A stretch of DNA of 61,709 nt from Elusimicrobiota bacterium (lineage in GTDB: Bacteria; Elusimicrobiota; Elusimicrobia; JACQJP01). A model generated the notes under the pieces. The model worked only from the letters and a program-made list of their open reading frames with translations. It ran no database searches and was not told where the DNA came from. Shown here piece after piece: positions 44,895-53,704 of the stretch. The stretch covers positions 1-61,709 of the forward strand of contig JACQJP010000032.1 of the NCBI GenBank assembly GCA_016204975.1. Reading direction: 5' to 3'. The first letter of the stretch is position 1; each line of letters opens with the position of its first letter. Position numbers and translations under genes: made by a program.

Positions 44895-46226
44895 TTAGAT
44901 CTTCTGGATCTCTTGCAGAGCGGACTCTATGATCTCCAGCCCTTGGGCCACCTCGGATTCTTTCGCCACCAGGGGAACCAGAGTGCGCAGGACATTGTTA
45001 TGAAGCCCTGCCTTGAGGAGCAGGAGCCCCTTGCCCTCGCAGAGAAACAGTATCCGCTTCATCTTTTCCTCGGGATAGGGTTTTTTGCTCTCTCGGTCCT
45101 GCACCAGCTCCAGGGCCTGCATGGCCCCCAGTCCCCTGGCCTCGCCCACGAAGGGAAATTTTTGAGCTAAGCGTTGAAAGGCTTCCCCGATGATTTTTCC
45201 AAGTTTTTGGGAGCGCTCCAGGAGGTTTTCCTCCTTGAAGATTTCGAAGACGGCCAGGGCCGCCGCGCAGGCCACGGGATTTCCGCCGTAGGTAGATCCC
45301 AGGCCTCCGGGCTCCGGGGCATCCAAAACTTCGGCGCGCCCCACGATCCCGCTTAAGGGGAATCCGGCGGCCAGGGATTTGGCCACGGTCATCAGGTCCG
45401 GAATAGTTGCGGTTCTTTCACAGGCAAACATCCATCCGGTCCTGCCGAATCCGCTTTGAATCTCATCGAGGATCAGGAGGATGCCGTGCTGGTCGCAGAG
45501 CTTGCGGAGCCTCGGCAGAAAATCTTCCGGAGGAACCACGAACCCTCCCTCCCCCAGGATGGGCTCAACCAAAATGGCGGCCACCTTCTGGGGCTCAATT
45601 TGTGTCTCGAAGATCCTTTCCAGGCTATCCATGGCGTTTTGGGTCACCTGGGAGGGGTTCACCCCTTCCGGAGGACGGTAGGGGTAGGGATACACTGCGT
45701 GGTAGACCTCGGTGGCTAGGGGGCCGAAGCCATGTTTGTAGGGTTTTTCCTTTCCGGTCAAGGTCAGAGCCAGGAGGGTCCTTCCGTGGAAGGAGTAGTC
45801 GAAGGCGAGTACCCCTGGCCGTCGGGTGAAGTAGCGGGCCAGCTTGACCGCGTTTTCGACCGCTTCGGCGCCGCTGTTGAAGAACACCGCTTTCTTGGGA
45901 AATTTTCCCGGCATGGCCTCGCAGAGCTTTTGGCAAAGGCGCAGGTAAGGCTCATAGCTGGCCACATGGAAACAGGTGTGGATCAGCTTTTCCATCTGGG
46001 CGCGGGCCGCCTGCAGGACCTTGGGATGGCAGTGGCCGACGTTCAAGGCGCCGATCCCCCCCGCAAAGTCAATGTATTCCCGGCCGCTCCGGTCCCAGAC
46101 CCGCGCTCCCTGTCCTTTTTCTAGCTCCAGAGGGCTGTAGCGGTAGATGGCCCGGGTGGTGAAGCGCTCCAGTTCCTTGAGGGATTCGGTCGCGGAGAAG
46201 TTTTTTTCGGAGGTTTTTATCGTCAT
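44895..46226 (-). CDS. gabT: 4-aminobutyrate aminotransferase (class III PLP)
   Basis: ..DFAGGIGALNVGH..NSGAEAVE..LDEIQSGFGRTG..DLMTVAKSLA (PLP Lys). Confidence 0.88.
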   Translation of the reverse strand: MTIKTSEKNFSATESLKELERFTTRAIYRYSPLELEKGQGARVWDRSGREYIDFAGGIGALNVGHCHPKVLQAARAQMEKLIHTCFHVASYEPYLRLCQKLCEAMPGKFPKKAVFFNSGAEAVENAVKLARYFTRRPGVLAFDYSFHGRTLLALTLTGKEKPYKHGFGPLATEVYHAVYPYPYRPPEGVNPSQVTQNAMDSLERIFETQIEPQKVAAILVEPILGEGGFVVPPEDFLPRLRKLCDQHGILLILDEIQSGFGRTGWMFACERTATIPDLMTVAKSLAAGFPLSGIVGRAEVLDAPEPGGLGSTYGGNPVACAAALAVFEIFKEENLLERSQKLGKIIGEAFQRLAQKFPFVGEARGLGAMQALELVQDRESKKPYPEEKMKRILFLCEGKGLLLLKAGLHNNVLRTLVPLVAKESEVAQGLEIIESALQEIQKI

Positions 46227-46270
46227 GGAGGAACTTATTGTAGCATTTCCCCAGGCGTCGGGAAACTGGT

Positions 46271-49200
46271 ATGCTGTGGGGCAGACAGATGCTCAGCGTC
46301 CAGTACGGCCCCTTTCACCCCATCTTGGAGGAAGCCCTTGTGGAGAAGCTGCAGAGCCTCAAGGCGGCAGATCCTTTTTGCCGGGTGGTGGTCGTGGCGC
46401 CTTCCCGAAGGCTCTGTGACCGGCTCCAGAGGCTTTTGGCCGTAGAGAAGGGGCTGGCCGTTTTCAACGTCCATTTCCATACCTTCTACAGCCTCGCTTT
46501 CCAGATTATCCGGGAGGGGGACCCTCGTCCGGTTACCTTGCTCTCGGACCGCCTGTTCCATGACTTTTTGGTGGATCACTTGTTGGAGGAAGATTTCCGG
46601 CCTCCGGGGTCCCACAGGCCGGGCCCCAAAGGCGTGTGGAGCCGGCACTCCCCGACCGTAGTCGGGTCCCGCAGGCCGAAGGGCTTTTTGCCCGCTTTGC
46701 GCGCCAGCCTCAAGGACTTGGTAGATTCCGGAGTGGAGCCGGAGAGGGTCCGGGAGCTTTTGGCCGAGACCGAGGAGTCCGGCAGGCCTCTGGTTCGGCT
46801 GGACCCGGAGGAGGCGAGGCGGCTTTTGGAGCTTCTGGATCTGCAGGAGCGCTACCAAAAGCATTTGGAGGAGCTGGGCGTGACTGTTCCCAGCGGCATG
46901 ATCCGGCTGGCGACGGAGCTGGCGCCGGGCTCTGCGTACCTGAAAGAATTTCAGGAGATTCTCTATTACGGTTTTTATGATCTGACCGGCATCCAGACCG
47001 ATTTTTTTGAGGCGGTCTCCAGACACCATCCGGCGACCTTGTTTTTTCCCTACCGCCATGGACACCCGGCCTTCGCTTTTGCCCGGAGGTTTTTCGAGGA
47101 GAAGCTTCATGCTGCGGGCCGAGTCCCCATCGCCCTGCAACCAGATGAGGGACGGCCTCCCGCGCCGGCACCCTCCGCAGGGCTGCGAGTACCGGCCGGG
47201 AGGCCAAAGGCCTCCAGCGTGCCGGTTCGGGTGTGGAATGCGGCGGGTCCCCGGGAGGAGTCCTGGACGGTGGCCAAGGAAATCTTAAAACTGGTTCGAG
47301 GAGGCTGCGCCTTTCACCAAATCGGTATTGTGGCGCGTACCCTGGAGCCCTACCGGATGGTTTTGCGCCAGGTCTTGGAGGAAAACCGGATACCGGCCTG
47401 CTTTTCCTCCGGAAGGCCTCTGCTGAGCCATCCGCTGCCCCGTTTTTGTTTCTCCCTGCTTTCTTTTAAGCAGAGGGCCTTTCCGGCCATCCTTTTTGAG
47501 GACCTGCTTTCCTCCCCTTATCTTTGCACACAGAGTTGGGGAGATCCGGAAAGACAGAAGCTCCTCCGGCGTGGCTTCAAGAGGCTGGCACAGAGGCTTC
47601 GGATTCAGCGCGGGTGGCTTCAATGGGAAGGCAAGGTGAGGAGCTTTCTGGAAGGCGGACTCTCTTTAGAAGGGGAGGAGCCGGAGCGGGAGGGCCGCCT
47701 GCTTTGGGAGTGGATCCGGGAGGTCCGCCGGAATCTGATCTGGGCTTTGCAGGAGCCAGCCCCTTGGAAGGTCCGAATTCAGCGTGCTCAACAGGTTTTG
47801 GAAAGGTACTTCCGGCTTCCTGCAGATGCGACCGATTTGGAGAAGCGTCTTTGGGACGGGACCTGTGCGACGCTTCAGGAGCTGGAGCCATTGGAGCTTC
47901 TGGGCATCGGTGCGGAGGAAGAGGTTTTTTTGGAAGCCTGGGAGGATAAGCTAAAGGCCGCAGAGTTTCAGGAGTTTCCAGGGGAGAATTTGGGAGTTCG
48001 GGTTTTGGATGCCATGTCCGCTCGGGGGGAGAGCTTTGCCTATCTTTTTTTGATTGGACTTCAGGAGGGGCTTTTCCCGCGCAAGGTGCGGGAGGACCCC
48101 TTGCTGCGCGATTCGGTGCGCCGGGTGCTGAGCTCCCCTGGAGGGTACGGGATTCGCCCCAAGCTGGAGGGATATGAGGAGGAGCGGCTCTTGTTTCATC
48201 TGCTGACTTCTTCAGCCCGGAAGGGGCTCTTCTGCATCTATTCCCGTTCTGACGAGGAAGGGAGGGCAAAGATTGCCTCCGTCTACCTGCAGGAACTGGC
48301 GCGCACCAGAGACATCTGTTTGGAGGATTCCAAGAAAAATAGAAGCATCTTGAAGCAGCCCCTGGCTAAGATTCGAGGAGAGCCTTGGGAGGTCTTGAGT
48401 CCCAAGGAGGTTTCCTTGCGGCTGGCCTTTTCCGGGCAATCCCCGGGCGGTTTTTTGGAAAGCCTGGGGAAGGAGGCGGAGCTCTTTCGCGGCCCGGCTG
48501 AGGCCTTGGAGGCCATGAATACCTACGGAAATCCCGGCGAATTTGATGGCCGGATCGGTCCCCCCCGACCGTTTCTAAAGGCGCTTCGCCGCTCCGGGCT
48601 CTCTCCCAGCGCCCTGGCCAGTTTGGCGCGTTGCCCCTTTCAGTTTTTTGCCTCCCGGGTGTTGAAGTTGGGGGAGGTGGAGGAGCCCCAGGAGCCGGGG
48701 ACCCTGTCTTCAAAGGATACCGGAAAAATCTACCATCGGGTTCTGGAACTTTTTTATCGGAAGCTTTTGGAGCAGGGATACTGGAAGGGGAAACGCTCCG
48801 GGTTTCCCCGGCAGGTTTTTGAAGAGTGCGAACAGCAGGTATTTCGTCAATACCACTGGAAGAGTCTGGGATTGTATCCCGTTTTGTGGGAGGTTTTGCG
48901 CGAACGGATGCTTGCGCATTTGAGAGAATTTCTCCTTGGGGACATTCAGAGGGTTCGGGAGAGTGGGCATCTTCCTGTATATTTTGAGCAGGAGTTTTCG
49001 GCGTCTTCTTCCCAAACCCTCTTGGGAAAGGGCCGGGAGCTTCTTTTGCACGGTTTTCCGGACCGGGTGGACTTAGATGAGGTCCGGAGGCGTTTTTGGG
49101 TCTTTGATTACAAGACGAGGGGTAAGAAGGGAAATCTCTTGGCGGAGGTTTTACGGGGCAACCAGCTCCAGCCTTTACTTTACCTGGAAATTCTTCTGGC

Positions 49201-49555
49201 TGCCTTGAAGCGGGAGAAGGGTCCGGGCTGGGAGCCTCAGGGGACTGCCTTTTTAATTTTGGAGCAGGACCCCAACGGCTCGGAGGCAAAAACCATCCAA
49301 GAGATCCCTTGGCCCGAGTTTCGGGCCTGGCGGACCCGGGCGGCCAGGCATCTGGAAATTTTTCTAGGGCTTTTGTTTCGGGGGGAGTTTTGGATCTACC
49401 CCAAGGAGGGGGCGGGGGGGCACTGCCAGTGGTGCGCTTTCTCGCGGAGTTGCCGGAAGGGCCATTGGGCCACCCGGCTGCGCGCGAGATGCGGAGCCGG
49501 CTTTCAGGGGTTTCATGCGGTGAAGAATTTTTCTTTCAAAAAAGTTCTATCGTGA
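46271..49555 (+). CDS. addB: AddB-like helicase-nuclease subunit B (PD-(D/E)XK nuclease with Fe-S cysteines)
   Basis: 1094 aa. C-terminal nuclease motif ..RVDLDEV..WVFDYKT..LQPLLY.. and cysteines CPFQFF..CQWCAFSRSC. Overlaps addA (GTGA). Carries one Family-1 and one Family-2 repeat in frame. Confidence 0.85.
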   Translation: MLWGRQMLSVQYGPFHPILEEALVEKLQSLKAADPFCRVVVVAPSRRLCDRLQRLLAVEKGLAVFNVHFHTFYSLAFQIIREGDPRPVTLLSDRLFHDFLVDHLLEEDFRPPGSHRPGPKGVWSRHSPTVVGSRRPKGFLPALRASLKDLVDSGVEPERVRELLAETEESGRPLVRLDPEEARRLLELLDLQERYQKHLEELGVTVPSGMIRLATELAPGSAYLKEFQEILYYGFYDLTGIQTDFFEAVSRHHPATLFFPYRHGHPAFAFARRFFEEKLHAAGRVPIALQPDEGRPPAPAPSAGLRVPAGRPKASSVPVRVWNAAGPREESWTVAKEILKLVRGGCAFHQIGIVARTLEPYRMVLRQVLEENRIPACFSSGRPLLSHPLPRFCFSLLSFKQRAFPAILFEDLLSSPYLCTQSWGDPERQKLLRRGFKRLAQRLRIQRGWLQWEGKVRSFLEGGLSLEGEEPEREGRLLWEWIREVRRNLIWALQEPAPWKVRIQRAQQVLERYFRLPADATDLEKRLWDGTCATLQELEPLELLGIGAEEEVFLEAWEDKLKAAEFQEFPGENLGVRVLDAMSARGESFAYLFLIGLQEGLFPRKVREDPLLRDSVRRVLSSPGGYGIRPKLEGYEEERLLFHLLTSSARKGLFCIYSRSDEEGRAKIASVYLQELARTRDICLEDSKKNRSILKQPLAKIRGEPWEVLSPKEVSLRLAFSGQSPGGFLESLGKEAELFRGPAEALEAMNTYGNPGEFDGRIGPPRPFLKALRRSGLSPSALASLARCPFQFFASRVLKLGEVEEPQEPGTLSSKDTGKIYHRVLELFYRKLLEQGYWKGKRSGFPRQVFEECEQQVFRQYHWKSLGLYPVLWEVLRERMLAHLREFLLGDIQRVRESGHLPVYFEQEFSASSSQTLLGKGRELLLHGFPDRVDLDEVRRRFWVFDYKTRGKKGNLLAEVLRGNQLQPLLYLEILLAALKREKGPGWEPQGTAFLILEQDPNGSEAKTIQEIPWPEFRAWRTRAARHLEIFLGLLFRGEFWIYPKEGAGGHCQWCAFSRSCRKGHWATRLRARCGAGFQGFHAVKNFSFKKVLS
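46607..46678 (+). repeat. Family-1 mini-element, copy D (sense inside addB)
   Basis: gggtcccRcaggccg at 46607 and 46664 (57 nt apart). Translated as GPKGVWSRHSPTVVGS. Confidence 0.92.
47164..47229 (-). repeat. Family-2 mini-element, copy f (inside addB)
   Basis: gccgg at 47164 and 47221 (57 nt apart). Stem GGAGGCC aaa GGCCTCC. Translated as ..APSAGLRVPAGRPKASSVP... Confidence 0.88.
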
Positions 49556-52500
49556 GCACCCGTCGCAGCCCCCGGGTTTTGACGGACGAGGAGAGCCGTT
49601 GGGCGGCCCGCACGCACTTGGATGGGAACGCCGTGGTGGAGGCCGGCGCGGGGACGGGCAAGACGACGCTGCTGGTGGATCGTCTCATCTTTCTTCTGCT
49701 GGGCCGGCGCTGTCAGATTTCCCGGGCGGTGGCCCTGACCTTCACCGAGAAGGCCGCCGGAGAACTGAAGCGCAGGCTCGCGCAGACCTTGGAGGCGATA
49801 GTCCGTTGGGCGGGGCAGACCAATGGGGTATGCGATCCTCATCTGCTGCAGATCGTGCAGAGACTGCAATCGCAGTGGCGGCGCTCCAAACAGGAGATTG
49901 AGGTGTCGGCCCAGAGGGCGTTGCTAGAGATGGATCGGGCCTCCATCGGAACCCTCCATAGTTTCGCCGCAGATTTGCTGCGCCTGTACCCCTTGGAGTC
50001 GGGGATCTCCCCGGAGTTTCAGGTGGATGAGGGAAGGTCCTTTGAGGAGTTTTTCAGGTCGCAGTGGAGTCTTTGGCTGGACCGCGAGTTGGGGGAGGAG
50101 GCCCCGCGTAAGGGGTTGTGGAAAAAGCTTTTGCCGGAGGTGGGTCTGGAGGATTTGGCCTGCTTGGCCAGAGATTTGTGTCAGCTCAGAAGCTTGGAGG
50201 GGGTTGCCTCGTTGGAAAAAATTCGAGAAGCATTTGAGGTGGTGGGACCTTTTGTGGAAAGGTTTCGGCGAGAGCTTCTCCATAAGGACTGGCTCTCTTT
50301 CGATGGGCTCCTGGTCCGGGCCCGGGAGCTTTTGGTCGGCCATCGGACGGTGCGGGAGGATTTGAAGCGGACTTTTGAGGCCATTCTGATAGATGAGTTT
50401 CAGGACACCGATCCCCTCCAGGGAGAGATTCTGTTTTTCCTGTGCGAGAAAAGAGGGCAATCGGCGCGCTGTTGGGAGGAGGTGAATCTGGAGCCCGGAA
50501 AACTTTTTGTGGTGGGAGACCCCAAGCAGTCCATCTACCATTTTCGGGGGGCCGACATCGTCGCCTACCGCCGGTTCACCAGGCAGATGATTCGGCAAGG
50601 CTCGGAGCTTTTGCACCTGCAGGTCAATTTCAGAAGTCCGGCCGGCATTTTGGATCCGGTGCATGAGATATTTTCCAAAATCATGGACGGCCGCTCCCCC
50701 TATCAGGCGGATTATATCCCCATCTATCCCCATAAGAACTCCGAGCCTGTGGGACCCGACTACGGTCGGGGAGTGCCGGCTCCACACGCCTTTGGGACCC
50801 GGCCTGTGGAAGGTTCTGGGGTGGAGTGGGTTCAGGTGAGCTCCTCAAACCAGGCGGCGCCGGTCTCTGCGGAGGCGACCCGTCAGGCAGAGGCGGCCTG
50901 GATTGCGGAGTGGATTTCCTCCCACTGCTCCAAAAAAATTCTCTTCCGGGATGTGGCCATCCTTTTTAGAACCTCCACGCCTCACCCGCCTTATCTGGAG
51001 GCCTTGAGAGGCGCCGGCATCCCCTATGTAGTGACGGGGGAAAAGTATTTTTATTCGGCTCAGGAGGTGGTGGATTTTCAGAATCTTTTGTGTGCCTTGG
51101 AGGATCCCTATGATCCTGTCTCCCTGGTGGGTCTTTTGCGCTCGCCTTTGGTGGGCTTGACCGACTTGCAACTTTATGAACTCAGCCAAAAGGGCGCTTT
51201 ATGCTATCTTTCCGATCCGCCGAAAAACCTCTCTTGCAGCGCGCGCACAGCGGCTTTCTACCGCATGCTTCGGAGCTTCCACGCCCTCGTGGGCAGGATG
51301 CCCCTGAGCGAGTTGGTCCATCGCCTCTTAAATGATACCCATCTTGTGGAGCTTTGTTCCCTGGCCTACCATCGGGAGCAGACCGCCTCTAACCTCACCA
51401 AGCTTTTGCGCCTGGCTTCTGAGGCCGGGGAGTTTGCCGGCCGAACCCTTCGGGAGTTTGCCGGGGCTTTAGAGGAGGCGGTGGCCGGGCTGGAGGAGGA
51501 GGGGGAAAGCCCTCTGGCGGATGAGAACTTCAATGCGGTCCGAGTTTTAACGGTCCATAAAGCCAAGGGGTTGGAGTTTCCCGTCATTTTCCTTCCCAAT
51601 CTTTCGGCTGCGGTTTCCGGCTCCCGGCAGAGCCCATCCTGCCTTTGGGAGGAGGCCTCCCGGAGGGTGGGTTTTCGGTTGAGGCAGGCGGGGGTGGCCA
51701 CTCCTCAGATGCTCCTTTTAGAACAGGAAAAGAAGCTACGGGAGAAGGAAGAGGAGGTCCGGATTTTGTATGTGGCCATGACCCGCGCCCGGCACAAGCT
51801 CTTTCTCTTATCCAATGAGCATAAGGCCCCCCAGGGCTCTTTGAGCGGCCTGATCCAGAAGGCGGGGACTTTTCGGGCGGCTCGCGTCCATCGGATTTCC
51901 GTGCAGGAGCTAGGCAAGCCGAAGAGTGGAAGACAAGCAAAGGAAAAAACCGATTCTTCACAGGCCGGACCCCAAAGGCGTGTTGAGCCGGCACTCCCCG
52001 ACCGTAGTCGGGTCCCACAGGCTGGGTGGAGGCGTCTGGCTTTGGATTGGAAAGCGCGAGAGAAGAGATGGGCGGCGGTACAGGAGGCCCCGTGCTTTCT
52101 AAGTCCTACGGCGCTTTCCGAAAAGTCTCTCCGGGTCCCACAGGCCGGGCGGACTGGAACGGGATCCGGGCTTTTGGTGGGCCAGCTGTGCCATGCGGTG
52201 CTGGAGGGGTGGGATTTTGGATCCTCCCCTGCAAAACTCAAGGACCCGATCTTGCTAAAGGAGAAAATTCACAAGGCTCTGACGCAGATAGAGCGGGGGC
52301 GTTTTGGAGAGCCGGGGCTGGAGAAGGCTCTTGGAGAGGAGGCGGAGGAGATTCTGCACCGCTTTTTTGAATCCGAGGTTTACCGGCGGATCGCAGGCTC
52401 TCGTATTTTGGGGCGCGAGGTGCCCTTTCTATATCCCTATGGAAACCAGGTGGTCCGGGGCAGTATGGATCTGCTTTATGAGTGGCGGGGCCGCTACAGG

Positions 52501-52728
52501 GTGGCTGATTATAAGACGGACCGCGTGCCGGACCCCAAAGGCGTGTTGAGCCGGCACTCCCCGACCGTAGTCGGGTCCCACAGGCCGGCATTCGAGATGC
52601 GCGCTTGGGCGGGGGAGTACCGGCAGCAGCGCCGGATGTATCTGGAGGCGGTCCGGAGGGGGACCGGGTGGAAGGATTGGAAGTTTGAGGTCATTTTTTT
52701 AAGGTTGGGCAAGAGCGTGATTTTATAG
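49552..52728 (+). CDS. addA: AddA / UvrD-family helicase-nuclease subunit A
   Basis: GTG start overlapping the addB stop. Walker A AGAGTGKTT, DEFQDT, VGDPKQSIY, ..TVHKAKGLEFP.., and C-terminal RecB nuclease ..GSMDLLYE..VADYKTD... Three Family-1 repeats plus one solo repeat end, all in frame. Confidence 0.9.
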   Translation: MSTRRSPRVLTDEESRWAARTHLDGNAVVEAGAGTGKTTLLVDRLIFLLLGRRCQISRAVALTFTEKAAGELKRRLAQTLEAIVRWAGQTNGVCDPHLLQIVQRLQSQWRRSKQEIEVSAQRALLEMDRASIGTLHSFAADLLRLYPLESGISPEFQVDEGRSFEEFFRSQWSLWLDRELGEEAPRKGLWKKLLPEVGLEDLACLARDLCQLRSLEGVASLEKIREAFEVVGPFVERFRRELLHKDWLSFDGLLVRARELLVGHRTVREDLKRTFEAILIDEFQDTDPLQGEILFFLCEKRGQSARCWEEVNLEPGKLFVVGDPKQSIYHFRGADIVAYRRFTRQMIRQGSELLHLQVNFRSPAGILDPVHEIFSKIMDGRSPYQADYIPIYPHKNSEPVGPDYGRGVPAPHAFGTRPVEGSGVEWVQVSSSNQAAPVSAEATRQAEAAWIAEWISSHCSKKILFRDVAILFRTSTPHPPYLEALRGAGIPYVVTGEKYFYSAQEVVDFQNLLCALEDPYDPVSLVGLLRSPLVGLTDLQLYELSQKGALCYLSDPPKNLSCSARTAAFYRMLRSFHALVGRMPLSELVHRLLNDTHLVELCSLAYHREQTASNLTKLLRLASEAGEFAGRTLREFAGALEEAVAGLEEEGESPLADENFNAVRVLTVHKAKGLEFPVIFLPNLSAAVSGSRQSPSCLWEEASRRVGFRLRQAGVATPQMLLLEQEKKLREKEEEVRILYVAMTRARHKLFLLSNEHKAPQGSLSGLIQKAGTFRAARVHRISVQELGKPKSGRQAKEKTDSSQAGPQRRVEPALPDRSRVPQAGWRRLALDWKAREKRWAAVQEAPCFLSPTALSEKSLRVPQAGRTGTGSGLLVGQLCHAVLEGWDFGSSPAKLKDPILLKEKIHKALTQIERGRFGEPGLEKALGEEAEEILHRFFESEVYRRIAGSRILGREVPFLYPYGNQVVRGSMDLLYEWRGRYRVADYKTDRVPDPKGVLSRHSPTVVGSHRPAFEMRAWAGEYRQQRRMYLEAVRRGTGWKDWKFEVIFLRLGKSVIL
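50746..50809 (-). repeat. Family-1 mini-element, copy E (antisense inside addA)
   Basis: cctgtgg at 50746 and 50803 (57 nt apart). Translated as VGPDYGRGVPAPHAFGTRPV. Confidence 0.92.
51959..52025 (+). repeat. Family-1 mini-element, copy F (sense inside addA)
   Basis: cacagg at 51959 and 52016 (57 nt apart). Translated as GPQRRVEPALPDRSRVPQAG. Confidence 0.92.
52133..52149 (+). repeat. Solo Family-1 terminal segment inside addA
   Basis: gggtcccacaggccggg alone, with no core. Translated as RVPQAG, in frame. Confidence 0.6.
52527..52588 (+). repeat. Family-1 mini-element, copy G (sense inside the addA nuclease domain)
   Basis: gccgg at 52527 and 52584 (57 nt apart). Translated as DPKGVLSRHSPTVVGSHRP, immediately after the DYKTD nuclease motif. 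Confidence 0.92.
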
Positions 52729-52758
52729 AGCCGCGCTAATTTCATAGAATAGTTTTAC

Positions 52759-52818
52759 CAGTCCGGGCCCCAAAGGCGAGTTGATCCGGCACTCCCCGAC
52801 CGTAGTCGGGTCCCACAG
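52759..52818 (+). repeat. Family-1 mini-element, copy H (intergenic, 12 nt upstream of receiver gene 52831..53217, sense to it)
   Basis: cagtccgggccccaaaggcgagttgatccggcactccccgaccgtagtcgggtcccacag. The most diverged copy, but the hairpin is intact. Confidence 0.88.
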
Positions 52819-52830
52819 ACAGAGGCGCCA

Positions 52831-53217
52831 ATGAAGAAACGTAGAATTTTTGTGGTGGACGATGATCCGGAGATCCTAAAACTCATCCACTCGGTTTTGG
52901 AAGAGCATGGGTATGAGGTGGAGAGTTTTGATCGGGCTGCCTCCGCCTATGAGGAGCTAAAGAGGAAATCCGCGGATTTGGTCTTTCTGGATGTGGATAT
53001 GCCGGGAACGGACGGCTTGGAGCTTTGCCGCATCTTGAAGAATGACGCCGCATTCCAGAGCACACACATCATTATGCTGACGGCCCATGAAGATATGAAG
53101 ATTGTGGAGCGCGCCTTTAATTTCGGGGCCGAGGATTATCTGGTCAAGCGGATCTTCAACGAGGATTTACTGCTACAGAAGGTCCAGCGGGCCTTCCAGC
53201 CACACCTGCCGCAATAG
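52831..53217 (+). CDS. Stand-alone response-regulator receiver (CheY-like)
   Basis: 128 aa. IFVVDDD..DLVFLDVDMPGTDG..IIMLTA..DYLVK. Confidence 0.9.
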   Translation: MKKRRIFVVDDDPEILKLIHSVLEEHGYEVESFDRAASAYEELKRKSADLVFLDVDMPGTDGLELCRILKNDAAFQSTHIIMLTAHEDMKIVERAFNFGAEDYLVKRIFNEDLLLQKVQRAFQPHLPQ

Positions 53218-53224
53218 TCGCCAG

Positions 53225-53608
53225 CTAGCTAAAGAATAGGGCGACCATGGCGAAGAGAACCTCCAGGTAGGCGACGGGAACGGAGAAAGAAATTCGTTTG
53301 GTCACCCGGCCCATGTAGATCGTGGCCATGATGAGGATGGCGGCGTAGCGCAGTAGAATCCACGGGGTGGGTTGCTCCCATGCCCATAGCTTCACCAGGG
53401 AAGTAAAAAAAAGAATCCCCAGGCAGGTCCACTTCGTTTTGGCAAAGCGCTCCATGAAGGCGTCGGCAATCTCGGAGGGGTGAACCTGATCGGGAAGAGA
53501 TTTGAATATCCGCGGCAGGATGAGAAGGGCCATCAGGATCTCCCCCACGATCCAGATGTTGAGCGCGAGGAGATACAAGGTGTTGACCGCAGCGTAGTGG
53601 AAGTTCAT
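53225..53608 (-). CDS. Small 4-TM membrane protein (hypothetical)
   Basis: 127 aa with four hydrophobic helices. No family assigned. Confidence 0.5.
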   Translation of the reverse strand: MNFHYAAVNTLYLLALNIWIVGEILMALLILPRIFKSLPDQVHPSEIADAFMERFAKTKWTCLGILFFTSLVKLWAWEQPTPWILLRYAAILIMATIYMGRVTKRISFSVPVAYLEVLFAMVALFFS

Positions 53609-53704
53609 GGGGCGGTTGTCTTGGAAAGCTATTTTACCATACCCCGCAGCCTCTTTCGCCCGTGCATTTTATTTTTTATATAATGTTTCCAGCCGGAGAA
53701 ATAT

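Noticed and set aside
46235-47140. 301-aa minus-strand ORF overlapping the start of addB
   Set aside because: It is antisense to addB and is kept open partly because the Family-1 and Family-2 repeats are stop-free in most frames. No domain signal.
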